NCBI GenBank assembly: GCA_002104905.1
Contig: MCFE01000001.1
Coordinates: 124,001 to 188,000, forward strand
Direction of reading: 5' to 3'
Length of the DNA stretch: 64,000 bases
Source: Basidiobolus meristosporus CBS 931.73
Lineage: Eukaryota > Fungi > Basidiobolomycota
Shown: positions 1 through 13,408 of the stretch, piece after piece
Layout of the letters: the number at the start of each line of letters is the position of its first letter
Numbering within the stretch: position 1 is the stretch's first letter
Position numbers and translations under genes: made by a program
The notes under the pieces: generated by a model
What the model was told of the DNA's origin: nothing
Databases searched by the model: none
Seen by the model: only the letters and a program-made list of their open reading frames with translations

Positions 1-771
1 CTTTGGTTAGGTTGTGGATGCAGCGATTAATCTCATGATCAGGATACTCGGTGGCTCCTCTGGTGCGCGCAAGCAGGGTGAATGAGGGAAACATGGGGGA
101 TACATCCTTGCCCAAATATCGCCTAACCTCCTCCCCTACCGTGGATGTGGAGTGAGACAGATCAGCGATCTTCCCATTGATGGCGACATATTTCGACCCA
201 CTCAACTCCTCAGGCGAGTACAGCTGCTTGGGAGTGCAATAGGAGTATGGAACGATCTCCACCCAAACAACAAACAATGAGGACACACCCAGCATGAGCA
301 GGAACAGAGTTATTTTCTCTCGTAAAGATTGTCTAGAGGCTGTATCTGGGTTAGTTGGCTGTGGAGATGGCAGGCGGACCACAACCTACCGGCATCTTTT
401 CCCCCCAGCCATGTGAGTATAAGATCTGGAATAAGAAGAGTGAAGACCCGTGAAATCAGCTCCCAGCCTCTCCGAGTTTTGGATGGATTTGGGTAGCCGT
501 GCGACAATGCGAGCGAATTTTGGGAACCTCTTCGAAACGATCCTGCCTCTGACTGTGACGCGTAAAATTTCTCGGCCTCAAACGATGGAAGCTTCTTGTG
601 GTCATCCCATGGATTGAAGTTGAACTGTGTAGTGTATTCGCCATCTTTACATGGTAATATCAGCGTTTGACTGAGTGACAGCGCAAGAATGTGCGTACCT
701 TGTGACCCTCTGTGACCGCGAAGTTGCCGATATAACGAAGGTTTGCTGTATTTCTTGTTTGACGATGTCAT
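1..771 (-). CDS. Chitin synthase with cytochrome-b5-like domain (class IV/V/VII type), 5' exons; runs off the left edge
   Basis: Manual splicing gives ...WELISRVFTLLIPDLILTWLGGKDA/ASRQSLREKITLFLLMLG...YVAINGKIADLS.../RYLGKDVSPMFP. This matches the 'W..F...T..IP...L...G......RQAWREK' and b5-like motifs of fungal chitin synthases. Introns are GT-AG. The start at MTSSNKK (771) is inferred. Confidence 0.75.
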
Positions 772-1277
772 ATTTCCAATAGCCAGCAGCAAGGGTTGTA
801 TTAGCGATCAATCAATATGGCATATTCGAGTGGCTTGATAGAGAAAATCCGCCAGCATTATGAGGCCTCCATATATATATATAGGCGGTTGTCACAAGGA
901 GGTGCATCCAGTCCCTACTCTGCATCCAATGCTTACTGCCATCCATGTAATTTTCCGATATATGAGACCTGTGCAGCGTTGGACCAAGACGTTGAGTGTT
1001 CAGCCAGATGTATGCGTACACATGCCATTGTTGACAGGAGATATCACTAACACATATCACACGTGATTTAGATTAACCGAGATTTATTCAACTTACGCAG
1101 CATTTCAATTCAACATCTCAATTTTTTCGAGAATGAGGATTACGTATTCGGTGAAGTGATCCTGCTTAGGTTATCATCTAGGGGAGTAGAATAGAGACTT
1201 CAGCTAGTGGAAAGTCTCTTATTTATCCCATACCAGTGTGAAGCTCCCAGCCAAAGAGTGACTTGGTAAAATACATC

Positions 1278-2370
1278 ATGGTATGTGCTTGCGCACTAGC
1301 GGTTTGGTAGAAGAACTGGAAAGTAATCGTTCTTTGTTGGACTTTATTTAGTTTAGAAACCAATACGATAACGACATTTCTACTTGGAGTCCACAAGGAC
1401 GTATCCATCAAGTGGAATACGCCTTGGAGGCTGTCAAACAAGGTTCAGCCGCAGTGGGTCTGCGCTCAAATACCCACGCCGTGTTGGTTGGTTTGAAAGT
1501 AAGTACAACGCCGATCTTGTGATAGCACAATGCGGACGAACCCGGATTAATGGGACGTTGCCAAACAGAGAACCCCTGGTGAGCTCGCCTCCTACCAAAA
1601 GAAATTGTACCGTGTCGATGACCACATGGGGATTGCTATCGCTGGATTGACTTCGGATGCCCGTGTCCTAAGGTATATGACATATGCAGCAACAGATCTA
1701 AGCACCACTCTCTTGTCCACAAAATTGACCTCGTTTGTAGTAACTTCATGAGAGCTGAAGCCATGAAGTCAAAGATGCTCTACAACCGCCCCCTTCCTAT
1801 TCTTCGCATCGTTTCAGCCATCGCTGACAGTAAGTGGATTTGCGTGGTATATAATGGACACTGGCTAATCGTATCTGATAATACCAGAGGCCCAAGTCAA
1901 TACTCAAAACTACGGAAACAGACCTTATGGTGTCGGATTGCTCGTGATTGGATACGATGTTCGTACTTTGCTCGTTTGTTGATTGGTTTCATGTAGCGTT
2001 TATTCATAGCAATGTCATATAGGAAACTGGTCCACATCTCTTCGAATGCACCCCAGCCGGCACAAACTTCGAGTACTTCGCCATGTCCATCGGTTCCCGA
2101 TCCCAATCGGCGAAAACCTATTTGGAGAGACAGTACGAGGCCTTCCCCGAGTGCTCATTGGGCGACTTGATCCGCCACGGTATCCGCGCATTAAACGAGA
2201 CTCTACAGCAAGACAAGGAGCTTACCATCGAGAACTGCACCCTGGCCTATGTCGGCAAGGATACCCCCTTCCAGATCCTCGAAGGCCCAGAGTTGGAGCA
2301 GTACTTTGATGTTTTGAACAGATCCACTGACACCGAAGCTGCAACCACCGCACCCATGGAAACCGAATAA
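1278..2370 (+). CDS. PRE5: 20S proteasome subunit alpha-6 (PSMA1 ortholog), multi-exon
   Basis: ATG/gtatgt at 1278; exon [36 protein letters not shown]; later exons [22 protein letters not shown] and [17 protein letters not shown]; stop at 2370. Confidence 0.95.
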
Positions 2371-2729
2371 GCCCACCCACCATTTCTTTGTAATTAACCA
2401 AGCAACCTTTCCTCTAATTAAAATGTCAGCTCACTTGGTCCATATTATCAATACAACATCGATGGGGTTTGTTGGCTCAACACTTGGGCAGAGTTTATTA
2501 GCTCAGCTAAGAAACGGAAAGTACAAGATTATTTCAAAAGGGTTTTTTAAAGTATGGTACACATCGTGGGTAAAGTAGGCATTAATAAATGTAAGTTAAG
2601 CTTGACAAATCATAGAGTACATTGAAGCTACCAAAACAGTGGGGGAAAGTGAGGGTGAAGGTGAAGGTGAAGGTGAAAGTGGCGTGAAGGGTGAAAGGCG
2701 AAGGGCAAAGAAGGGGCTTGCATGACCCC

Positions 2730-3622
2730 TTAGTTCTCCTCCTGAATCGCTCCGGGGAATTGGAATTCCGTGTTCGTGGTTGGGTGAAGCGGGGGTGTTT
2801 CCGAGCTGGACTCAAGCTCTGCTATCGTAGGTATAGGTGGCTGTCTATGCGCAAACAAACTCATCCGTCTGGCCAGCGCGGCTCGTTCTCGCTCTCTCCC
2901 ATGCTCAACGTCAATGGGGATGGATCTACGCCGGACCGAGAAATTAGGAAATGGATGTGGTCCATGTGCTGATAATACTGAAGGCACCGGTGCGCCAGGA
3001 CTTCTGGTGGAATGGGCTCGCGGGGGGTGGTTGTGGTTTAGTCTAGCCATCGCTGCCTGCCTCTGTAGCAAAGCGGTGAGATGTCGCGTGTTGTCTCGCG
3101 AGAGTCGTCGTTCCAGGTGGGGCCGTGCATGGGAGCTACTACCAAAATGCTCGGTAATTGCCGGCGAGTGAGAACTCGATAGAGGACCACCGACTTCATG
3201 TCGCGGAGGTGGTAGTACTTGGAGTATGGAACTTAGACTATGTTGATGGCGATGGGTCTCTGAATGATTGTGTTGTAGACGCTTTTTGCGATGTCGCTGG
3301 GTAGTATCCTGCAGAATACAATTGTTAACTACACCCTCTGGTAGAAAAGCGCCTGCTCGGGACTTGCACAAACCTTAACCAGAAACTCAAACAAGCGGCG
3401 AATGAAGTGGTCATTCTCGTCAAAGGACTCCACAAAACTTTGATAACTTATCGACGGTTCAGCCTACAACGTCAAGGTCAGTTCAGACATTCACAACACA
3501 CAAAGCACTCTGCTCAACCAACATACGTTGTCCTTCTCGCTCTTCTCCGAGACTTCATTGAACAGCTTTTTCATCTTGCGAAGTAGCTCGTCATCATACG
3601 ACTTTTCTGCCCATTTCCCCAT
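2730..3622 (-). CDS. Conserved fungal hypothetical protein, multi-exon; 3' end uncertain
   Basis: MGKWAEKSYDDELLRKMKKLF, then a spliced exon AEPSISYQSFVESFDENDHFIRRLFEFLVK with GT-AG borders, then a His/Ser/Pro-rich tail. An alternative frame (SPSPSPSP) continues to about 2600. Confidence 0.55.
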
Positions 3623-4017
3623 TTGCACTGGAGTAGTAGTTGTATTTAGGTAGTGTGGGGGGGGTAAACAGTACCAAGGAGTGGTGATAGTGGACGCCGG
3701 CGAAACGAGAATTCTGGTCACAATGGTAATAAAGGTGGGAACAGATCACAGACAATATTCTTCTAGAGAAAAAAAAGTCATTTGATTCCATGCAAAAAAA
3801 GACCACTTTTTCCTTAGTTTGATCAAGCTAACCACCCGCCATTTGCATGGAAACCAGTTATTGATACAACGTGACTGCACCAATCCACCCATAGGCATCA
3901 TGTGATTGGAGTTCATCATTTTATTCGATTATAGGTGAGCGATGGGTGTGCGCAGTAGTAATAAATATGCTGGACATGTACAATGCGGATGATGGCGGAT
4001 GATGGCGGGTGATTGGA

Positions 4018-6660
4018 TCAACTGACATAGATATCTACGACCATTGCCAGCTCATTTTGTCTAGCCTCCATGTTATTGCGATTTTCAAACGCCATTTGCA
4101 CATCTTCGTCAGTGTTGATCAATATCAGATCGTTCTCCTCGTCCTTGTACTTGATTCGTAGCCTGCCTTCTATTCTGGTTCCTGAGCACAGATGGATCTT
4201 CTTTTCTACTTTCTTCAGGAGTTCCTCGAATGTCACATCCGACGGCACCACGAGCATGAAGGAGTCTTCATGATAGTTGATACGCACCTTGACGTTGGTG
4301 GAATGGTTGTGGATGTTGGGCGACGATGCGCTTCGTCTCTGTCGGTACGCTTGATCCGCTAACAAATAGGTTTTCTCCGGCCCCTGACGTTCATTCGCGA
4401 GCTGCAGCTTGCGGAACTGCTCCCCAAGAAACGCCTGGCTTTGCTCGTAAGACGAGTGCGAGGGTGGCGCCGGTGCGCTAAGGTGGCCAGGGTGCTGGCT
4501 TCCATATGAATTCTCCACCCTGGGTAAGGGAGGCATGGACATGGGCGGATATCCCGCTCCCATGGAGTGGACGTGTGCGGGATTCGACTGGCTTCGGCTT
4601 CTGTTCAGTATACCTTTGGAGGAGGAGCGTCTAAGCGAAAGTGGGACTTCATCGTCATCATGATCGTCTTGCTGATCGATAAACGAGACCGCATCATCAT
4701 CCGAGTTCCAATTGGCCTCGTGCCCCTCTAGCTCTGATAGGTTCGAGTGGGCGCGAGTGAGCCCTGGGTGTCTCGGGCCTGTCTGTTTGCTCAACCTCGA
4801 AGCCTTGTACGCATCGCGGACCTTTTCGATGGTGGATGTCCATAATTTGAATTGCTCTTCATTTACCGGGCTTAGGATCGTTTCGGAGTTGAGCCAATCA
4901 ATTTTGACCGAGTAGGTACCTGCTCGAAATACGTTATTGAGTGCATGGTTTGTGGATGCGCTTACGGGCTTGACATACCATTCCGGGCGGTTGGTACCAC
5001 TGCTCGTATCTCTCGAATGAGCAGAGTGGCTTTGTTGTGCAGGGCGAGGGGCTTCTTGGAGTTCCCATTCTTGTTCGCTTTCCTGCTGGCTGCCGTTTCT
5101 TTGCAAACCAAGAGCGCCTTGTCGAAGAGGTAGAGCCAGCACTCACGCTCCACATCGTTGACAGTGGCAGAGAGTTTGTCAAACATGTGCAATTCTCCAA
5201 AATAGGACAGCGAAGGGCCATTCCAGTTCTCGATGATCTTCTCCAACTTCTTCAATTCTATAAAGTTTTCCTCCTTGCGCTGTGTCTCGTTGACTCGATC
5301 AGCCACTCGCTTGATGGCCACCAGACCGTCGAGGAGCTCTTGGTAGTACGGCTCATCTGGAGACATCAGCTTCGCCAATTGCTAGGTTCCAAAATTGGTT
5401 TAATGATGGTTCCATTGCACGTGATGGGCCGTAGCATCCCCGACTTACCGAAAGCAAGAGCGGATATTTGCACACTCGCTGCACTGGCTTGATGAGCAGT
5501 GATGGCAGGCCATATGTCGGCTCGACGATATGTGCCAATCTCTAGAAAATTGATGGCTTAGGGAAAGTCCCGATACATCGCCCACTCTGGTTATACTGAC
5601 CATCAAGTTCGGGGCTTCGGCCAAGGCGATTTCTGAAGCATGGGTGTAGTTGGCACAGAAGGGCTCATATGCAGTAAAGCTGTTTTCCTGTTGAGGTTTT
5701 AGCAACCTGGGAGATCCATGTGGTTGACTAAGGCTGTTACCATTTGAATAAACAAAGCCCCAAATCTTTGCTCAGTCGGTGGGAGCTCCGCGTTCGCCTC
5801 CACTCCGATTAGAAAGCGTCTTTGAAAGTCAACAAGTCCATTGAGGTTGGCAAATAGATTTCGCAGGATGTCGTTGGAAACCACCTTTTGTGCCTGAAGT
5901 TCATGCATATACCCCTGTGAGAAGATTAACAAGGTTTCTTTGCCGAGTGCGAAGTGTTGGGTACCTGAAGCTTCTCCAAATCTTTGACGTACTTTCGCTC
6001 GGTGATAAGCAATTCTTTGACTGTTTGTTTACGAAGCCTCTCTTGCGCGGTACTGGAGAGGGGATCTGTTGACTGTGACTCGTTGGCACCCGTTGGAGGC
6101 ATCTCACCCTCCTCCTCTGCTGTATCATCCTCCAATAAACCCTTCTCCACCATTCTTTGTAGGAGCAATTCCACAGTATGAGAAACCTGCCTATCGGTTA
6201 GAGCCAGGTCAGATACGTGCGCTTCACTCTATCTTACCTTCAAAAACTTGTTGGTATCGTCCTGATAGAGCTCCGTAATTGTAAACATATTTTCATCCGT
6301 CATTCCAAGTTGGTTTTTGCAGGCCAGTAAAAAGTGATATACGCCGTGTTTGCAGGCTTTGAGGTTTTCTAAGGTGGCCTCCTCATCTACTTCTAATAAG
6401 GTCTCTGGCTCTGTGGCGTTAAATAGTGCGCACAAGCTTGAGCCCAAGCGAAAGGTGTTCCACAACGTGGTCACCGGATTCGTTCCAGAAGGGAAAGGAC
6501 AATAGGAACTGCCGGTGGTGCACATTTCTTGCTGCGAATCCAGAAATGTGGTAAGCGAAGGGACCTTCCGCAGGCGGCGTAGAAGTCTTTGGCAGTCACC
6601 GTAAAAGGTGGACCCGTCGTCAGGTTTGGTTAAAGCAGCAGTGGACATGGGGTAATGCAA
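4018..6660 (-). CDS. CDC24: Cdc24/Scd1-type Rho (Cdc42) guanine nucleotide exchange factor (CH-DH-PH-PB1), multi-exon
   Basis: CH-like NPVTTLWNTFRLGSSLCALFN; DH RKQTVKELLITERKYVKDLE and LIKPVQRVCKYPLLL; PH CWLYLFDKALLVCKE; PB1 RIKYKDEENDLILINTDEDVQMAF. Confidence 0.93.
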
Positions 6661-7152
6661 TAGTGGGAATGTTCGTCAAAGTGGGGTAAAAAAGAAACAA
6701 TAATACAGGAGATGTAACAACACTTTCTTTGTCGGAAGTGGAAAGAAATTTACTTATTGGAACAAGAGTAGGGTCAGTCACCTACGACAAAACAGGGTGG
6801 AAGCCTAACTGTCTAGTTATTACTTTACAAAGAAAAGTTACAAGCAAGGAATCGAGGCTCACTATGGCAGCAAGGTATATGTTAGATACAGCAGTTGGTC
6901 CATTCAAAGCTCCACTATCGCTTTGCAGAATTCCAGCTTGCTTTGTAATAATCAACATCTTAAAATCCCTATGCTAAGGGTAACTTGATTGGATCAAAGC
7001 CCCTTGCCCGTAAATTATTGATATCGAACATCAATAACCAAAATCGTTACCTATAATTAATACCTATTGCTCATCTATCTGCTTATTCAATGTATATGAC
7101 GCTCTGACCTACACTCCTGAATCCATGCATCTGCTTGGGCTTTCCATAATGT

Positions 7153-7494
7153 TTAAAATTCCTGGAAATATCTGCCTCGGGTAACCATAACGTTAGCTGG
7201 TGATTTCCGATAGTTTTGAGATGGCATTTGTGGGATATACATAATGTTATCCCCCTCTTGTAGTAGACCAGCCAACCTAGCATTAACTTGACTGAGTGTA
7301 TTCGCTCCACCCGAACGTCGCTTTGCAGCATTTCTGTACATCCTAGGCGGCCGCCAGTATTCACCATAGGAGTAACGTCTCCATGGACCATAGTAGGGAT
7401 TCATGTACCTTGGATATGGTCGCGCGCAGAGCACGTGTTCAAGAATAGCAAGGATAAGGAAAACGGAGATCGTAAGTTGGGCCATGTCTGCCAC
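7153..7494 (-). CDS. Small putative secreted Tyr/Arg/Pro-rich peptide precursor
   Basis: Hydrophobic N-terminus MAQLTISVFLILAILEHVLCA. Probable intron from 7240 (GTATAT...GCTAAC...CAG) with acceptor at 7172 or 7162; the latter extends the CDS to 7083. Confidence 0.55.
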   Translation of the reverse strand: MADMAQLTISVFLILAILEHVLCARPYPRYMNPYYGPWRRYSYGEYWRPPRMYRNAAKRRSGGANTLSQVNARLAGLLQEGDNIMYIPQMPSQNYRKSPANVMVTRGRYFQEF

Positions 7495-8173
7495 AGTAGT
7501 GATGCTCGATGATGATGATAATGATGATAATACATAAATATATATAGCTCACACAGCATGAAACTATTAAGCGTGTGATTAAAGTTTCATTCATTGAAAC
7601 ATATTGGCCATCAATTGTCACATTAGCTAAATATCCGGTCTCGCTGCTGATTGGCCATGGACAATAGACAACAAATGACCAGAAGATTTTTTTCAGCTGG
7701 TGCATCTAATCAGACAACCATTATTTAATCAGTAAATAAGCCGAAAACAGGCTGAGAATTAAGCGAACTTGATGCCCTAGTTAAAAAAAGAAACATGAAA
7801 TCATAAGCAACAAAAATTTCCCCGTAAACTTCCCTCGGGGGGCCAATATTTCTAATTGAACTTGCTGAGACCCTCTATCCCACCACGTTGGCTAGTAAGC
7901 GTTTTTGCACTCATCATTAGCCTTACACTCGCTTCATCTTTGCTCTAAACCGTTAGTTCCTCTTGTGCATTCTTGTACCCTTGTACTTTAGTGGTGTAAA
8001 TCTGTACAAATAGTTCTGTCCATAGATCCTGCATACTTGTAGACTCTACTTGGTAACGTAAAAACCTGGTCTTTCTGGTACTTTGATAACCCGAAAGGTA
8101 GCATACTCTCTGTGGAAACTTTGGAGAGTAGACGAAAACCCCTAATTTTGATATTTGAGACACGGAAAACTGC

Positions 8174-11100
8174 GTGATGTCTCGTTACAATCCTGATGAT
8201 ATGCCAGCTTCTAGCAAGGCTGGCATCTTTCAACCAAAGGCAAAAAACCAACCCCAAGGACAGGTAAGGTCAACATTTGCCGACTTAGTGACGAAGACTC
8301 TTATTCATGAGCTTTCCCCCAGCTTGCTGCTTTGCTTCGTGGGAAATTCGACCTTGAGTATGATCCTTTCACTGGCCAAGCCAATGACATAAATCGTTCC
8401 AGCAGTGCTCCTCCAACTCAGCTGCTTGATCGACTTGGAAGATTCAACGTAAGTGTTTCGTCTGTTGCGGCTTGCCTCGACTGCATTCTAACCGATGATT
8501 TAGCCAAACCAAGATGGAGACTATTCTGCTGGAAATACTCGTCTGGAATCTGAACAAGCTTCCCAGTACTATAATCAGCCTCGCGCCGAAGCTAGATTAC
8601 CACCTGGTTATGGCTCCAACAACCAATCTTGGCAGATGTGGGCGGGTGCTGGTCTCGATACCCTAGGAAACAGTTCGAATGGGCCTTCACAAAAGGAGAA
8701 GGAGCTGGAGCGGTTCAAGGGCTTTGGTAAGTCATACAATGTTGGTATTGAAGGATCTTAGTTAGCGAGAACTGACATTTCTTGGTATAGGAGGCGAGGA
8801 CTTCTCCAACTCCCATCCCCTCGACCAGGTCAGTATTTCTACTTGGCCACATTCAATAAGCGTGTAGCTCTAACCTGATGGTTGTTATCTGGAAATATAG
8901 AGCCTTGAACCTGAGCAAGGTAGAAACCTGAGAATGGCTGAAGCCAAAAATGACCCTTGGGGATCGAATGAGATTCAGCAGATTTATGGCGGTGGAAACA
9001 ACGCAGATGCTGCTTCCCGCCGTAGAAATTTGGTCGATTTGATCCAAGATGTAAATGTTCTTTCATTCGTACACCCACACCCACACCCACACCACCAATC
9101 GTCCACTGTGTATTTACTCTCTGCTGATATTTAGGATTTTCCTCGTACTCCCTCTCCGGTGATTGCCCTTCAGCAACGACAAGCTGGAGGCTCATTCGAT
9201 GGTGGTCGTGGTGGGGTTGATGAAGGTGACTCAAGCGCTGGATATCTGCAGGATAATGACTACGATCGACTTCGTCTTAGATCCGTTGTAAATGTTGCAT
9301 TGGATGGATTGGATGAGCATTCGGCCGCACCACCCATGCGTGGGGCCAGAGGGCCTATGCCACCAAGAGCCAATTCCACCCCACCTACTCAACAATTCCA
9401 ACGCGGCCAGAAGTTAGGTTCGAATAATGATCTCAACGAGGCTAGTTTGCTGATGGATATGCGAGGCATGAGCCTTACCGATAGCGACTATGAGGCCATT
9501 CAACATGCCCGTCTCTTGCAGCAGGCCAAGTTGCAGTCCCAAGGATACAACTCCTATGTCAATGAGCTTGGCGCTACTTCTGCCTCGATGTACTCTGGGT
9601 ATGGCGGAGATGCTTATGGCTGGGATCGAGAAGAGCGTTTGGTAGGAAACGACATCTACAGTCGTGCAGATGCTCTGGGTATTTCTCCGTTGGAATATCG
9701 CCAGGCTATCCAACAGCTCCAACAACAAGGATACTCATTTAATCGCGCTGAGCAAGTTCTCGCTGCCGAGCTTGGCGCCCTGAAGCGAAACCAGTTGTAT
9801 GGCACTGGTGGAAGCGGAATCAACAGCAACACCTACTTGGGTAACTCCACCGGCGGCGCGTCCAACTTTGGTGGCCCAACGCTGCACAGATCGCATTCGT
9901 CCTACTCTCTCAACGAAAGGAAGCTTCGTAACCAGTTGCTCTTGCAGCAACAGCAGCTCAACCAGCAGCAAATGCTTCTCCGTGAGCAGCTTTTGCGCCA
10001 GCACCACGGTCACGATCTTGGTGGTAATATTGCCCCCTATGGTGCCCCTGCTAGCCAAGGAAGGCGCTCGATGACCCCTGACTTGAACATGTCCACCCTT
10101 GGGGCGGATCCCAACCATGGAATGAGAAGCGCACTCTTGGAGGAGTTCCGCAACAACAAGAACAAGAAGTATGAATTGCGAGATATTGTGGGCAGCATGG
10201 TGGAATTCAGTGGAGATCAGCATGGTTCTCGCTTCATTCAGCAGAAGCTTGAAACGGCCAACAGTGAGGAGAAGCAGCTTGTTTTCGACGAAATCCTTCC
10301 CAATGCGCTCCAACTCATGACGGATGTTTTCGGAAACTACGTGATTCAGAAGTTCTTTGAGCACGGCAACCAGGTCCAGAAGACCATCCTCGCCAAGCAG
10401 ATGGAGACCCATGTTCTGTCGCTGTCGCTGCAAATGTACGGATGCCGTGTAGTTCAAAAGGCACTTGAGCATGTGTTGACTGAGCAACAGGCGGTTTTGG
10501 TCAAGGAGCTGGACGGAAACGTTTTGAAATGCGTGAAAGATCAAAACGGGAATCATGTGATCCAGAAGGCTATCGAACGTGTGCCAGCTGAACATATCCA
10601 GTTTATCATCAACGCATTCCACGGACAGGTCTACAATCTTGCCACTCACCCCTACGGCTGCCGCGTGATCCAGCGGATGTTTGAGCACTGTACTGATGAT
10701 CAAACCAAGCCTCTGCTTGACGAGCTTCACCGCTACACCCAAAACCTTGTTCAAGACCAATACGGTAACTATGTCATCCAGCATGTACTCGAGAGAGGCA
10801 AGCCGGCCGACAGGTCGTTGGTGGTGAACAAGGTGCGCGGACAAGTGCTGCAGATGAGCAAGCACAAGTTTGCTAGTAACGTTGTTGAGAAATGTATCGC
10901 CCATGGCAGCAAACGGGACCGACAGACGCTTATCGACGAAGTCATCCAAACCAAGCCCGACGGTACCTCGGCGTTGATTGTTATGATGAAGGATCAATAT
11001 GCCAATTATGTGGTACAGAAGATGCTCGACGTGGTTGATGGTGATCAAAGGGAGATCCTTATCGCCAAGATCAAACCTCACTTGCAATCTCTCAAGAAGT

Positions 11101-11308
11101 ACACATACGGCAAGCATTTAATTTCAAGTAAGCCAATCCGAGTTTTATGTGACATTACTGAGGATTAATCTCGAGTCAACTCTCCATTTTTGTATATCTA
11201 GCCATCACCGAGGTAGAGAAGCTTGTAGCCACTTCTTCCGCGGATGCCAGTCCTCGCCCCGCTGAGGAGCGTAATGCTGAAGAGACCGCCAATCAGGAAG
11301 AGCACTAG
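8174..11308 (+). CDS. PUF3: Pumilio-family (PUF) RNA-binding protein, Puf3-like, multi-exon
   Basis: [43 protein letters not shown] followed by eight Pum repeats ending [11 protein letters not shown]; intron gtaagc after about 11127; last exon ends TAG at 11308. The start is inferred. Confidence 0.88.
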
Positions 11309-11829
11309 TCGAAATAATCGTCTCTTCCAAACAATCCTTCCTCGTACATAATTTCAAATCTTCCAATGTAGCCATTCCATACGAATCCACACTTTTTGAA
11401 TGTAGGCTCTATAGGGTTTAAATTTAGGTTTAAACTTAGGTTTAAATTTAATCAATAGTTTATTGAATCCATACTTCCCCATACTTCTCCATATCTCCCC
11501 TCTATTTTACCCATCCTGTCTGAATTCATGCTTTTATAGTTCGAATTCTTGTATGTAAAAGCCTCAAAATAAAGTAGCATTTCATGTTGTTAGGTAATAC
11601 AATGAGGTTGAACTTTGTCCCGAGCAAGTGGGCTGAGGGATTGAGTGGGTGGTGCAGAAGAAGGGTTGCTATCACCGAACCATGCTCAAGGGACAAGTGC
11701 GACGACCATAATGAGTCCATATAGAGCAGGCGTTTCTATTAGCATTGTCAAGGGGATTAATATGGTTGTCTGATTGTTGTTTCTTTGATTGTTTTGAAGA
11801 GAAGAATAGTGCTAGTGAAGCCCCAAAAG

Positions 11830-12018
11830 GGCTCGGCGTCACCTAGAGGTAGTGCAATACTAGGGACACCTGTGGGCAGACAAGTGTGCAAGCAGGGACT
11901 TATCACCCGATGTTCAAAAATAAGTTTAATATCGAACTGGACTATGTCCAGTGTTTCAGATATTAAGCTGAAAAGAACAGATACTACACTTGATCTTAGC
12001 CAAAAGGCCTGAGAGGAT
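11830..12018 (-). ncRNA. U2: U2 spliceosomal snRNA, copy 1
   Basis: Minus strand reads ATCCTCTCAGGCCTTTTGGCTAAGATCAAGTGTAGTATCTGTTCTTTTCAG (branch-site pairing GTAGTA), Sm site ATTTTTG, and a stem-loop IV CCTAGTATTGCACTACCTCTAGG. Confidence 0.95.
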
Positions 12019-12048
12019 TGTAAGGATCTCCGGTGACATGGCGACTTT

Positions 12049-12055
12049 ATTTATA
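12049..12055 (-). promoter_or_regulatory. TATA box upstream of U2 (also present in copy 2)
   Basis: TATAAAT lies 31-37 nt upstream of the U2 5' end. Confidence 0.55.
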
Positions 12056-12179
12056 CTTACCAATGTTGCATGGGAAGCGGTTTAAATTATCAACGCTTTT
12101 TGAATTTCTATTCATAGTTACGTATGTAGAACTGTGGTGTGGACCACATGTGTGTAGTTTTGCATTGGATCAAATATTG

Positions 12180-13400
12180 ATCCTAACAAAGAACTTGGGC
12201 CAGACACTCCAAGGTTCTTGGGCTATAGTTCCGGTGACCAAATTAGTGGAGTACTTAGGTCAGCTTACAAAAGCTACAATAGAATCTTCCAAGTCCAACA
12301 TTGGTGCTTCTTCATTTAATTATCTTGCTCCAATTCCATCCGGACTGCCAGTGGGCTTGAGATCAGATTTTTAGCATTATCTGGTGCCATTTTCATAAAA
12401 CCTTTAAATATTATTCAGGCAAGATAACCCAGCTTATCAATTGCTTTACTTTGACAATATGCAAAGTACAGGTCTTAGATTTACTGCAATAGCCTAACTA
12501 CTGGCAAATGCACTCTTTAGGTTTCATAATGACCAAAGCTTCCCTAGAAATATATCTGCCAAATCTGGGCCCATTAAAGTAACAAGTAAATATAGTTGTA
12601 AGAGTTTTGGAGATATTAGAAGTCATTGTGCAAGCAAATGGAGTAGGTAGACTTTACTTCATTATATGTTGAATGTAATGAATTGTCTAAACTATCCCTT
12701 AGAGAAAAAACCAAGATAAGGCTGGCAGAACACTATAATAATACCAGCTGAATTCCAAGTTGCTCAGAGCTGAAAACTCTCAATATCTTAGGTACTAGCT
12801 ATTTGGCAGACAAGCAGACATATTTTTCAGTATGAGACTAGGCCAACCAGTGCTCATACTAAGCTTGGTAATTATCCAGTGACTACTTCTGCCAAAAATT
12901 GTAACTAAGGATTCAAAGAAAAAACAACAGCTGAATGCCAGCAAAATACTGTTAGAATACCAGTAGAATACTAGCAGATTATCAGATGAATATCAAGTTT
13001 GCAACTTTTCAAAGGGTTTACATAGTCTTGACAAAACAAACATGTAGAGTAAGTCTTGAAAGGTCCCAAGAGCATGTGAGGAGTGCTTTGACATCACTAG
13101 ACTGCTCTGAGATTCTCTATGTCCAGGTTACCTGATACTTTATTGAAATACTTAAAGTATATCCAAACAAGAAATTTGGACAGAATTTCTGAGACATACT
13201 GTTGTAAGAGTCTTGGAGATATTGACAGTGATTGGGAGAACAAGTAGATTGTGGTTTTTGTTGTAAAATTTTTAATTCCACCTAAATATTCACCTAACTT
13301 AGTAACTTAGATCATTACCTACAAATCTTAGAGAAACTGACCAAATTCCTTGCTGGAATTTACTTGGAATATTTTCAGCAAAATATTAGGTACACAGAAC
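12180..13400. repeat. Cluster of degenerate copia-LTR-related fragments in both orientations
   Basis: Recurrent TGTAAGAGTyTTGGAGATATT and GGTCCCAAGAGCATGTG motifs shared with the LTRs at 13409 and 17736; AT-rich and almost CpG-free. Confidence 0.6.
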
Positions 13401-13408
13401 ATGAAAAT

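Larger units (their letters stand above)
11640..12171. repeat. 532-bp direct repeat, copy 1 (U2 cassette)
   Basis: Matches 19953-20484 at constant offset 8313, with two substitutions seen. Confidence 0.95.

Noticed and set aside
9735-11117. 460-aa antisense ORF
   Set aside because: It is a shadow of the Pumilio repeat coding sequence.
11785-12012. 75-aa ORF MIVLKRRIV..., also at 20098-20325
   Set aside because: It is the antisense of the U2 snRNA gene and has a non-ATG start.
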